DNA of 16,074 nucleotides from Planctomycetota bacterium (GCA_045863855.1 BTVV01000135.1:1-16074); one strand, 5' to 3'; shown: positions 7,971 through 16,074, numbered from the stretch's first letter. The notes: a model not told the origin generated them from the sequence alone. Numbers and translations: made by a program.

Positions 7971-8852
7971 ATGGTTGCGACGATCCAAAACATACGTGAA
8001 ACTTCCATCATCGGGCCGGCCTGCCGCGAACGCTTCCTTCCCCTGCGCCGCGCCGAATCCGCCCCGCTCCAAGCGTTGGCGCTCAACCACGCCGGCCTTT
8101 CCGAACTCCGCCGCGCCTACGAGATGGGACGCCCCAGTGCGCGCTTCGGCCTCGCGCTCTACACCTTGAAAGGATCGGCCTGGCTCCGGACTCCCGTCGG
8201 CGAACGCATCCTGAAGCCCGGCGACCTGCTCCTCGCGCCGCCCCGCAGCGCCTACGCCTACGGGCTGCGCCGAACGGCCCCCTGGACCATCGCCTGGTTT
8301 CACTTCACCGCCGGCACGCCGCTGGCCGAAGCCTTGCCGCCGGACGTCTCCGTGCGGCGTTCGTTTCTCGCCGCGCCGCTCGTGAACGCCATGGACGGCT
8401 GGCTCTACGAAGCCTTGCGCGACGACCCCGGCGCCCCCCGCGCCGCCGCGCTGCACGTCGAACTCATCGCGCTCTACCTGCGCCGCGAACTCGAACCTCC
8501 CGGCGATCCGCGCACGCGCCAAGCCAAGCAGCGCCTGCTGGAACTCTGGGACCGCGTCGCCGCCGACCTCGCCGCGCCCTGGACCGTCGCCGATCTCGCC
8601 GGCGTGCTGCACGCCAGCCCCGTGCACCTGCACCGGCTCTGCCACGCGCACTACGGACGGGCGCCCATGCGCCAGCTCGCCTTCATGAGGATGCAGCGCG
8701 CCGAAGAACTCCTCCGCGGCACCGCCGATCCCCTGAAGCAGATCGCCGCCCGCGTCGGTTACGCCAACGAGTTTGCCTTTTCCGCCGCCTTTAAGCGCCA
8801 CGCCCAACGCAGCCCGCGCGCGTTTAGAAGTATGAATAAGGAAGCGCGATAG
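7971..8852 (+). CDS. AraC family transcriptional regulator, 293 aa
   Basis: N-terminal cupin-like ligand domain (LKPGDLLLAPP, WTIAWFHF) and C-terminal double HTH (WTVADLA..., LKQIAARVGYANEFAFSAAFKR...SPRAFR). ATG at 7971 is preceded by GGAGGA (7955-7960). Confidence 0.93.
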   Translation: MVATIQNIRETSIIGPACRERFLPLRRAESAPLQALALNHAGLSELRRAYEMGRPSARFGLALYTLKGSAWLRTPVGERILKPGDLLLAPPRSAYAYGLRRTAPWTIAWFHFTAGTPLAEALPPDVSVRRSFLAAPLVNAMDGWLYEALRDDPGAPRAAALHVELIALYLRRELEPPGDPRTRQAKQRLLELWDRVAADLAAPWTVADLAGVLHASPVHLHRLCHAHYGRAPMRQLAFMRMQRAEELLRGTADPLKQIAARVGYANEFAFSAAFKRHAQRSPRAFRSMNKEAR

Positions 8853-8920
8853 CCCCAATCTACAGCCTTCGGCTAAGCCACTTGAAGTTTGCCGGTTATG
8901 CGTTTGATTGGTTCTGGTCG

Positions 8921-8955
8921 TTTGAACTTTGAATATTGAACTATGAATTTTGAAT
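8921..8955. repeat. Heptamer tandem repeat, 5 copies of WWTGAAY
   Basis: TTTGAAC TTTGAAT ATTGAAC TATGAAT TTTGAAT, in the gap between convergent genes. Confidence 0.85.
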
Positions 8956-8961
8956 TCGCCC

Positions 8962-9492
8962 CTACCGCTCTCCCACTTCCACCGTACTGAACTTCCACTC
9001 TCCGTCGATCTTCCGGAACGTGCACCGAAACTCCGTTCCGCCCGCGCGTGGATTCAAGTCTTCCCACGGGCTGTCGTCCGTCGCGCGCCCGCGCAGGACC
9101 ATCCGGAAGCGCGCCGTCGCCTTCGTCGGATCCACCGCGCTCACCTCCACGGGCACCGTTCCCGGCGTGATCTCCACCGCGACCACCCGGTACAGGTTCA
9201 TCAGGCCTTGGATGAAGGCGCGGTGAGCGGTCTCGCGGTCGAGCCCGCCAGGGCCGCGGAAATCTTCGGCCAGCGTGTTCGTCACGCGAGCCGGATGACG
9301 TTCGCGCGCGGCCTGAGCGGCTTCGGCGATCGTCTCGCGGATCTTGGTCTCGTCCGATTTGAAGAAGCGGTTGTACGTCCAGCCGGCCAGCAAATAGAGC
9401 GCGAAGAACGCCAGCAACGCCGCCAGCGCCGTCCGCGGCGTGAACCGAAATCCCGCCGTCCGCCGCCCGCCACCTGCCAGATCGTCGCGCAT
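8962..9492 (-). CDS. Membrane-anchored NTF2/SnoaL-like hypothetical protein, 176 aa
   Basis: N-terminal TM helix (TALAALLAFFALYLLAGW), then SDETKIRETI, LAEDF and C-terminal FRKIDGEWK, typical of the NTF2-like fold. Confidence 0.75.
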   Translation of the reverse strand: MRDDLAGGGRRTAGFRFTPRTALAALLAFFALYLLAGWTYNRFFKSDETKIRETIAEAAQAARERHPARVTNTLAEDFRGPGGLDRETAHRAFIQGLMNLYRVVAVEITPGTVPVEVSAVDPTKATARFRMVLRGRATDDSPWEDLNPRAGGTEFRCTFRKIDGEWKFSTVEVGER

Positions 9493-9645
9493 GGCGTTGG
9501 AACCTACCGTCCCGCCCGTAACCGGTCAATGCGCCCGCACCTTCGCGTCAGGGCATCTCAATGCGCGCAACGCTCCCTATCCCGGCGCGATGATCGCTCA
9601 CTCGAACCGCTCCGTTTGATCGTTCCGCTTTTGCCGTTGCCGCTT

Positions 9646-9676
9646 CCCCTCCTTGCCAAGGAGGGGCAGGGGAGGT
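9646..9676. repeat. REP-like extragenic palindrome
   Basis: CCCCTCCTTG-C-CAAGGAGGGG (10-bp inverted repeat, 9646-9666) followed by the purine tail CAGGGGAGGT. Only one copy is present in this window. Confidence 0.6.
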
Positions 9677-9989
9677 GAGCAAAACTTACCGCGCGAAAGC
9701 GCGCACCCTGTTTAATCCCGCCGGCATTTCGAGTGCACAAGCGCCGAACATGGTGCAAAAGCACCCCGCCGAAACCTAAACCCAGCTCAGGCATGGACCT
9801 GCATGAAAAAATATACACATAGCGTATCGATTTATAGCAGTTTTATGGCACGATCATACTTTTGCTCGACGTGCGTGGTTCGAAGGCCCATACGGTTTGC
9901 GTAACTCACCTTGCGAGGCACGAGCGCACCCGCGGACCGTACGGCCGCGAACTTGATCCGCACACGCCGATCGCGGATCATCCAGCTCA

Positions 9990-10739
9990 GTGGAACCCCA
10001 ATCCCCTCTCACGCCGGCGCAACTCCAGCGCTACCACGAAGATGGATACATCCTCGTGCCCAGCTTCTACTCCGCGGCCGACGACGAACGTCTGGAAGCC
10101 GCCCTTGCCCCCGCCCGCCGCTCCGGCTGGGGTGGCAGCGGCCGCTATCCGTGCTCCCATCCGATCGAGCGCGGTTTTGCCGACGTCTGCCATACGCTGC
10201 CGCTCATAAAGCGTTATCTGCACCCGAGTAGCGTGGCCATCGCGCGCCAAGTCCTCGCCGCCGACGTACTTCTTCGCTGCGGGATTCTCGTCGATCTGGA
10301 GCCCAACGACGCCACGCCCTGGCATCGAGACGTGCAAGGTCTTCCCTTCACACTCTTTATGCATTACCTCCAAGGCGCCGACGCCGCCCACGGCTGCCTC
10401 CGCGTTATCCCTGGAAGTCATTTACTGGAGGAAACTTACATCGATGCGGAATTCGACCGCGTCGCCGTCGAACAAAACCTCGCCCACTGCCGCCGCAGCG
10501 AACTCGTCGTGCACCCCCGCGAAGTCCCGCTGGAAGTCCGCCACGAAGACTTGATCGTTCGTGATAGTCGTTTGTGGCATGGAACTTATGTGAACAAAAG
10601 CGACCGCTACCGCACTCTGCTCACTTGGGCCTTCATCCGCCGCCAGGACGCTTCCGAATGGCGCTTCCCTTTCCCTGAGCAACTCCAATCCATGCCTGAA
10701 TTTACATCCGAAGAACGGCGCCTGATGGGCTGGGCCTGA
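9990..10739 (+). CDS. PhyH-family Fe(II)/2-oxoglutarate dioxygenase, 249 aa
   Basis: LTPAQLQRYHEDGY, HxD in PWHRD, GCLRVIPGSH, distal His in LWHG and Arg in SDRYR. GTG at 9990 is the first start after an in-frame TGA at 9954. Confidence 0.9.
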   Translation: MEPQSPLTPAQLQRYHEDGYILVPSFYSAADDERLEAALAPARRSGWGGSGRYPCSHPIERGFADVCHTLPLIKRYLHPSSVAIARQVLAADVLLRCGILVDLEPNDATPWHRDVQGLPFTLFMHYLQGADAAHGCLRVIPGSHLLEETYIDAEFDRVAVEQNLAHCRRSELVVHPREVPLEVRHEDLIVRDSRLWHGTYVNKSDRYRTLLTWAFIRRQDASEWRFPFPEQLQSMPEFTSEERRLMGWA

Positions 10740-10777
10740 GTTTCGTGGCGTTTGCCTAAGCCGAGCTTAATCGAACC

Positions 10778-11902
10778 TCAACGCTGATAAATCGGCAGCA
10801 GATGCTCGTGCACCGCCAGCGCCAGCACCGCCATGGTCGTCGTGTAAACGGCCGCGCCGCGGTCCCATTCGTTGTTACCCGGGCACTCCGGCCAACTTCC
10901 ATCGGCGGACTGATTCTTGAGCAACGCTTCGTCGATGTACGGAAAGAACTTATTCCACGCTTCGTCGCCCATCTGGTACATCCCCACCGCCGAGTAGTAG
11001 ATACGGTAATAGAACCAGCCGCCTTTGCCCCACGCCGGCGGATCCTGCAGCATCTTGGCGGTGCTCAGCGCCAATTCAGGCGCGTCGTAGATGCCGCAAA
11101 CCGGGAGCGCCAAAAGACCTACGCCGCGCAGCGGCGGTTTGTCTTCGGGCGCCTGATACCCGAAGCCGCCCTGCGGATGCGCGTTGGTCCGGATGTATTG
11201 GATCGCCGCTTCGATCGCCGCGTGCGGGACATTCAAGCCGATGTTCTTCGCCGAGCGCAGCGCCATCGTCTGCCAGCCGGTGAGCGAGAGATCGCTGTCG
11301 CCGCTGGTGGGGTGATAGCGCCAGCCGCCCTGCATGTTCGGCGCCTTCTTCACCGACTGCGCTTCTAAGATCAGTTTCACTGTACGCTTACAGCCTTCGA
11401 GCAAGCGCCGTTCGAGCACCTCGTCGCGCGTCATCCCCGCCGCTTCGGTCAGCATCAGCGTGCAGATGCCGTGGCCGTACATGTTGCTGCCGTCGGAATG
11501 CCCCAAGTAACCGTCGTCGCGCATCTGCGAAAGCACGAAGTTCAAGCCGCGCCGGATCGCCGGACCGTGCAGCGGATCGTCCGGCGTATGTCCGGCCGCC
11601 ATCAGCGCCATGATACTAAGTCCGGTCAGCGCATTCTTTAACGAAGCGCCGAAGCTGCCGTCAGGATTCTGTTGCGTGAGTAGAAACGCAACGCCTTTGG
11701 CGATGGCCTGATCGCGCGGCGATTTTTCCTGCAGCGTCCGCAACAGCGCCGCCTCGTCTTCCATGAACGGAACCGCGCCCTGCTCTTCCGCCTCACCCGC
11801 GCAAAGCGGTAATGCCAAGGCGGCCAACACCAAGCCGCAAACCCAAGCACTGCAAAGGGGTAGCGCAAGAAGTCGTAGTCGGATCCGGCGTTTTATGCTC
11901 AT
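10778..11902 (-). CDS. Secreted prenyltransferase/squalene-oxidase-repeat ((alpha/alpha)6 barrel) protein, 374 aa
   Basis: QW-like repeats QQNPDGSF, QMRDDGYL, QGGWRY, PQGGFGY and NQSADGSW. Signal-peptide-like N-terminus ending LPLCA|GE. Start reassigned to ATG at 11902 (ATGA overlap with the upstream stop, SD GGGAGAG). Confidence 0.88.
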   Translation of the reverse strand: MSIKRRIRLRLLALPLCSAWVCGLVLAALALPLCAGEAEEQGAVPFMEDEAALLRTLQEKSPRDQAIAKGVAFLLTQQNPDGSFGASLKNALTGLSIMALMAAGHTPDDPLHGPAIRRGLNFVLSQMRDDGYLGHSDGSNMYGHGICTLMLTEAAGMTRDEVLERRLLEGCKRTVKLILEAQSVKKAPNMQGGWRYHPTSGDSDLSLTGWQTMALRSAKNIGLNVPHAAIEAAIQYIRTNAHPQGGFGYQAPEDKPPLRGVGLLALPVCGIYDAPELALSTAKMLQDPPAWGKGGWFYYRIYYSAVGMYQMGDEAWNKFFPYIDEALLKNQSADGSWPECPGNNEWDRGAAVYTTTMAVLALAVHEHLLPIYQR

Positions 11903-14900
11903 CGCTCGCTCTCCCGCGCCGCGGCGACGCGCTTGAAGTAGCGCCGGATGCTGGCTTCGTATTCGGCCGGAAAACGCGCGTTCCCCGCATTGAGCAAGTC
12001 GCGCCGCAAGCTGTCGGGCAACTGGTTCCACGTCGCCTGATCGATCGGCAAACCCGGCGGCAACGGCGGCGGCGGACCGCCGGGCTCGGTCTGCGATCCC
12101 GGGCTCGACGGTGTGCTGGATCCCTTGCCCGGTTGCGAGCTATTGCCTTTGCCGGCTTGACCTTCCTGTTCGCCCGGCTCCTGGCCCTGCGCTTCGCCCT
12201 GAGGCTGGCCTTGCGCTTGAGCCGGCTGGCCCTGCGCCTTGGCGCGGTGCATCGCCAGTTGCTGCGCTTCCGCGCGTCCGGCGGCGCGCAAGCCCGTGGC
12301 CTGCGCACGCGAAGCTTGCGCGGCTTGAGCGAGCAATTCGGAGGCGCGCGCTTGCTGCGCTTGCGCTTCGCCCGACTGCCCAAGCTTCTGCGCGGCTTCG
12401 GCTTGCGCGAGCGCCTGTAGCGCATCGGCCGCCGGCGTGCGCGAAGCCTGCTGCCCGTCGCCGGCCTCCGGTAGCCCCGGCGCGTTGCCGCGCATCGCTT
12501 GCGCCAGCTTGTCTAAGTCGAGCGCCATGCCGTCCATGCGCGCCGCCGCCGCCCGCGCTTGCGCCGCCTGCGCGCGCGCCTGAGCGGCCTCGCCGGCATC
12601 GGGCGCGTTCGCCGCTTCGCGCAATCGAGCGAGCGCTTCTTCCTGCCCGTTGGGCACGAGATTCTGTTCCTGCATCGCGCCAAGCGCCGCGCGGACTTGA
12701 GCTTCTAACTCTTCCCGCGTCCCGTGTTGCGCGGCGACGGCCTGTTCGCCCATGCGCTGCGCGCGTTCGGCGCGGCGCAGTTCGCCGGCAAGATCGGCTT
12801 CGCGTCCGGCCGCTTCGCGTGCCTGCTGACCCAGCGCGCGCGCTTGCTCGTTCACGCCTTCGGCCGGTTCACCCAACGCTGCCGCCAGATCGCCGACCGG
12901 CTTCTGTAAACTCTGCGCCTGAGCGTCCAGTTGAGCAGCGAGTTCACCTAACGGTGCTGAATCGGCTTGAGCAGCCATGGCTCCGGCCGCTTGCGCGGCT
13001 TGCGGAAACGCTTGCTTGGCCTGTTCCAGCGGCGCGCCCAGCGGCTGTCCGGCCGCCTTCGGAGCGAGTTGTCCGGCTTCCACGCCGGCCTGATTAAGCT
13101 GCTTCTGCAACTCCGGCGCGGCGGCTTTAAGTGCTCCACGGGCCTGAGCTTCCATCTCGCCGGCCTGATCCATATGCCCGGCGGCCTGGCGCTCGCCCTC
13201 GGCCTGTTCGCGCAACGCCGCGGCCAAGTCGCCCAGTTCGGCGGCCAGCGCCTGTTGTCCAAGTTGTTCGTGCTTACCGGTTTGCCCGAGCTTCTCGGCG
13301 AGTTCCTTGCGTGCGGCGGCGAGGTCCGCGCCTGCTTGCGCATTCTTTTCCGCTCCGGGCTGCGCTTCGGCGCCAGGTGCAGCCGCGTTTTTTTCTCCGG
13401 CCAGTTCGCCCGCAAGTTGGTCCAGTTCCGCGGCTTGCGCTACCGCGTCGTCCACCTGAGCCTGCTGGCCCTGTTGCCCCAACAGCGCGTCGAGCTTTTC
13501 GTGCGCGGCGGCCTGAGCTTGCGGATTCTGCGAGCGCAACGCCGCGGCGATCTCGGCCATCTCGTTAAGCGTCTTGGCGTTAGCGCTAGCTTGCGCGGGC
13601 ATTTCCTTGGGCAACTGGCTGGCCTGGCTCGGATCGCGGCGTGCTTGCGCCAGCGCTTGCGCGGCCGGTTCCAACTCGTTCGCGGCCTCCTGGCGCAGCG
13701 CCGCACCCAAGCGCGCAAGGTCGTCGGCGGCTTGGCGTTGCGCGTCGTTCTGCGCGGTTTCGCGCTGCCCTTCCGCATCCAGCGCCAGATTCTCGGCTGT
13801 CCGTGCGGCCTGATTGCGCGCGTTCTCGGCGTGCGCGGCGGCGGCATCCAGATGCGGCTGCGCGGCCTGCGGCTGCTTGGGATCGGCTTGCTGCGCTACC
13901 GCGGCATGCTGGCCGGAGTGCTGCGCATCGTTCGCCGCTTGGCGCAGATTATGCGCGGCATCCCCATTGAGCGCGTCGGCCAAGCGGCCTAGATCCTGAT
14001 TCACCTCTTCGGCTGCAACCTCCGCCTGCTGCGCGAGTTGCTCCAGTTGTCCGGCGGCCTGCGTGCGAGCCTGCTTACGCGCGTCGGCTTGGGCCGCATC
14101 GGGCGGCGGCGCTCCCTGAGCTTCCGCTGCCTTCTCGTCCAGCAGACCCGGCGCGGGCTGGTGCAGCATATGGTGCGCGACCTGTGCCGCCGGCTGGATC
14201 GCTTGGGGCTGGATCTGGTTCTGCGCGGCCTGCACCGCAGCCTGGACTTCCTTTGCAGCATCGCGGAACTCGGCCGCCGCGCGTTTCTGCTCAATCGCCG
14301 TCTCCGGCGCCGCTGGCTTATCGAGCGCGGCCTTGGCTGCTTGCGCATCGCCGGCGGCATCCTTTAAGGAATCGCGCAGCGCCAGCGCTCGTTCGACGCG
14401 CTCGCTCAGCCCGGCCAGTTCGGCCGCACCTTGCTCAAGGTGTTGTGCATGCACCCCAGGATTGGGGCTTTGCTTGGCTGTCTCCGCCAGCGCTTGGGCA
14501 TCGGGCGTTTCGTTCATGCGACGTTCAAGTTCGGCGGCCGGACCGCGGGCGAGCGTCTCGGCGCGCTGGGCCAGCGCCTGAAGCGCGCGGCGCGCGTCTA
14601 GGTCCTGCTTCGGATCGGACGAGGCATCCCGAAGCTGCGCCGCGAGTTGCGCGGCCTGGCGGTCGAGGTCTTCCGCCAACGCTCGAGCGGTGGCGTCGGC
14701 CCGCGCCATGGCCTCGGCGCGTTTGGGCGATTCGGGTTGCGCGGCCTGCTGCACCAGTTCGGTGTACGCCTCGCGGACGGCCTTGGCGCCTTCCTGCAAG
14801 CGGCGCAACTTGGCGGCAGTGGAATACACTTGGGCGGCCATGCGCTGCGACCAAGCATCCATCGCCTGCTTCCAGCGCTGCCGAACCTGCGCGTACGGGT

Positions 14901-16074
14901 TCACCCAGTTCGCCGCATGTGCGTTCCATTCCAAGAGCGGTACGGCCAGCGCGGGCGTCAAGCGTGTAAGCCGATGCAGCGGCGCGGTCTGGGTCTGGAC
15001 CGTCTGCGTCCAGGTCTTGCTCCACTGTTCGACTTCGGTGTCGGGCTTGGGTTTCAGGCGGGCGAGGGCCTCGAGCTTGTGCGGCAGTTCGCGCGAGACG
15101 TCGACGACGGTCTGCAAGCGCGCGGTGGCGGCGGCGACGGCTTCCTGGCTGGCGCCGCCGGCCATGGCTTGAGCGACCGGCGCGTGCTTATTGGCGGCCG
15201 CACCCGTCCCGCCGCTGCGTAACCAATCTCCGGGCAATGCTTTAAGCGCCGTCTCGCCGGGCTCGCGTCGCTGCAGCCGAATCGCCGCTCCGCCTCGGTT
15301 CTGGTAAAATTCGAGCTTCACCTCGTGCCAGCCTTCGGCGAGCTCGACTTCCGCTTCGTAAGCCGTGGGCGCTTGATCGAGCCATTTGTCGATGACGGGC
15401 TTCCCGTTAATCCAAAGCCGCACGCCGTCGTCGGCCGAGAGGGCGTAGACGTACTTCCCTGCCTTCGGCGCGAGCGCTTGGCCGGTCCAGCGGATCGAGT
15501 AAACCTCGCGCCCGAGGTCGGGCAAATCGGGATCGGTGTAATCGATTTGCGCTTCGACGGTGCGGCGGACCAGCGCATCGAAATTGATCCCGCGGAAGTA
15601 TTCGGCGAGCAGCCCGGGGACGAACGGCCCGTAGTCGGACCATCCGGCGGAGCCGACCAGGACGGGGCCGACCCGCGCGGAGGCGTCGCGGATTTCGGCG
15701 GCTTGATGTTCGACTTGCGTCGCGCCGGCGTAGCGATGCGCGGCGCTTAAGCCTTCGTGCAGCGCGCTGAGCGTTTCCTGAGCGCCGGGTAGCAGGGCAT
15801 GGAGCACGTCGAGTCCAGCGGCGACCTGGCGCCCTTCGCCGGACTGCGCGCGCGCGGCGCCGCCGCGCAGGGGCTGAAGATTCGTATCGGCGTAACGTTC
15901 GAGTTCGCCTTGTAGCGCTTCGAGGAGGTTGGCCAGGGCTCCGGGTTCGGCGTGTTCGCGCCCTTCGCGGATGGCCGTGGCCGCGCCTTGGGCTTCGCGG
16001 CCGACGCGCACGAAAGCCTCGGCCAGAAGCAGGCGCTCGGCGGCCTGAAAGATGGCATCCTCGACGCGGAAGAC
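11899..16074 (-). CDS. Giant Ala/Gln-rich helical protein with a PA14 domain and DUF4175-like C-terminus, 5'-truncated (>1390 aa)
   Basis: The frame is open to the window edge (VFRVEDAIFQAAERLLLAEAFVRVG...). It has a PA14 domain at ~15217-15615, long amphipathic A/Q/E/L helices, a Q/G/P linker and the terminal WNQLP..LR..L....FPAEYEASIRRYF. Confidence 0.88.
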   Translation of the reverse strand, partial: VFRVEDAIFQAAERLLLAEAFVRVGREAQGAATAIREGREHAEPGALANLLEALQGELERYADTNLQPLRGGAARAQSGEGRQVAAGLDVLHALLPGAQETLSALHEGLSAAHRYAGATQVEHQAAEIRDASARVGPVLVGSAGWSDYGPFVPGLLAEYFRGINFDALVRRTVEAQIDYTDPDLPDLGREVYSIRWTGQALAPKAGKYVYALSADDGVRLWINGKPVIDKWLDQAPTAYEAEVELAEGWHEVKLEFYQNRGGAAIRLQRREPGETALKALPGDWLRSGGTGAAANKHAPVAQAMAGGASQEAVAAATARLQTVVDVSRELPHKLEALARLKPKPDTEVEQWSKTWTQTVQTQTAPLHRLTRLTPALAVPLLEWNAHAANWVNPYAQVRQRWKQAMDAWSQRMAAQVYSTAAKLRRLQEGAKAVREAYTELVQQAAQPESPKRAEAMARADATARALAEDLDRQAAQLAAQLRDASSDPKQDLDARRALQALAQRAETLARGPAAELERRMNETPDAQALAETAKQSPNPGVHAQHLEQGAAELAGLSERVERALALRDSLKDAAGDAQAAKAALDKPAAPETAIEQKRAAAEFRDAAKEVQAAVQAAQNQIQPQAIQPAAQVAHHMLHQPAPGLLDEKAAEAQGAPPPDAAQADARKQARTQAAGQLEQLAQQAEVAAEEVNQDLGRLADALNGDAAHNLRQAANDAQHSGQHAAVAQQADPKQPQAAQPHLDAAAAHAENARNQAARTAENLALDAEGQRETAQNDAQRQAADDLARLGAALRQEAANELEPAAQALAQARRDPSQASQLPKEMPAQASANAKTLNEMAEIAAALRSQNPQAQAAAHEKLDALLGQQGQQAQVDDAVAQAAELDQLAGELAGEKNAAAPGAEAQPGAEKNAQAGADLAAARKELAEKLGQTGKHEQLGQQALAAELGDLAAALREQAEGERQAAGHMDQAGEMEAQARGALKAAAPELQKQLNQAGVEAGQLAPKAAGQPLGAPLEQAKQAFPQAAQAAGAMAAQADSAPLGELAAQLDAQAQSLQKPVGDLAAALGEPAEGVNEQARALGQQAREAAGREADLAGELRRAERAQRMGEQAVAAQHGTREELEAQVRAALGAMQEQNLVPNGQEEALARLREAANAPDAGEAAQARAQAAQARAAAARMDGMALDLDKLAQAMRGNAPGLPEAGDGQQASRTPAADALQALAQAEAAQKLGQSGEAQAQQARASELLAQAAQASRAQATGLRAAGRAEAQQLAMHRAKAQGQPAQAQGQPQGEAQGQEPGEQEGQAGKGNSSQPGKGSSTPSSPGSQTEPGGPPPPLPPGLPIDQATWNQLPDSLRRDLLNAGNARFPAEYEASIRRYFKRVAAARESER
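15217..15615 (-). other. PA14 domain within the giant protein
   Basis: GLLAEYF, YSIRWTG, GKYVYALSADDGVRLWINGKPVIDKW and GWHEVKLEFYQNRGGAAIRL are PA14 consensus blocks. Confidence 0.9.

Noticed and set aside
6155..7999. 614-aa plus-strand ORF (and similar long antisense ORFs such as 1947-3065, 7131-8858 and 12967-13992)
   Set aside because: These are antisense shadows of well-supported genes. Stops are rare in high-GC DNA, and the translations have no recognisable motifs.
7850..8086. N-terminal extensions of GH2 (to 8086) and AraC (from 7848) suggesting overlapping head-to-head genes
   Set aside because: Both genes have SD-supported internal ATGs (7849 and 7971) where family similarity begins.
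8921..8955. Possible CRISPR array
   Set aside because: The units are 7 bp and contiguous with no spacers, and there are no cas genes.
9676..9805. Partial resemblance to a c-di-GMP-I riboswitch (GCAAA, GAAA tetraloop, GCAAAAGC, CCTAAA)
   Set aside because: Element spacing and the GACGCAAA junction do not match. It is kept only as a generic hairpin cluster pending Rfam.
9558..9818. 86-aa minus-strand ORF in the divergent spacer
   Set aside because: It runs through the REP-like palindrome, has no clear SD or motif, and has atypical composition.
9846..9866. TGGCACG...TTGCT resembling a sigma54 promoter
   Set aside because: GG-to-GC spacing is 15 nt, not the required 10. A second candidate near 9790-9803 has 9.
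10749..10770. CTAAGCC/TTTGCC words recurring in gaps near 1940, 8875 and 10755
   Set aside because: They are too short and differ in order and orientation, so they are consistent with chance.
11870..11902. KRR as a Tat signal in the barrel protein (also in the HEAT protein)
   Set aside because: It lacks the S/T-R-R-x-F-L consensus and is more simply a basic Sec n-region.
12046..12240. Q/G/P-rich quasi-repeats (AQGQP, PPPPLPP)
   Set aside because: This is an ordinary low-complexity linker of the giant protein, not a DNA repeat element.

Overview
High-GC bacterial chromosomal window. The protein styles (HEAT-repeat secreted protein, secreted prenyltransferase/squalene-oxidase-repeat protein, giant Ala/Gln-rich protein) suggest Planctomycetota; this is inference, not a marker-gene call. 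Left to right: a 5'-truncated polysaccharide-deacetylase-like CDS (+); a ~720 bp AT-rich islet with one orphan ORF (-); a secreted HEAT-repeat protein (-); an esterase plus M20 dipeptidase pair (-); a GH2 glycosidase (-) divergent from an AraC regulator (+); a membrane-anchored NTF2/SnoaL-like protein (-); a ~500 bp divergent spacer with a REP-like palindrome; a PhyH-family dioxygenase (+); and the 3' end of a (-) operon in which a giant PA14-containing helical protein (5'-truncated) is translationally coupled to a secreted (alpha/alpha)6 prenyltransferase-repeat protein. No rRNA, tRNA, CRISPR array or transposase was seen. The best leads are a secretin gate-like beta-hairpin apparently embedded in the HEAT protein, the AT-rich orphan islet with degenerate flanking repeats, and the PA14/cyclase-fold module. 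None is proven novel without database searches.
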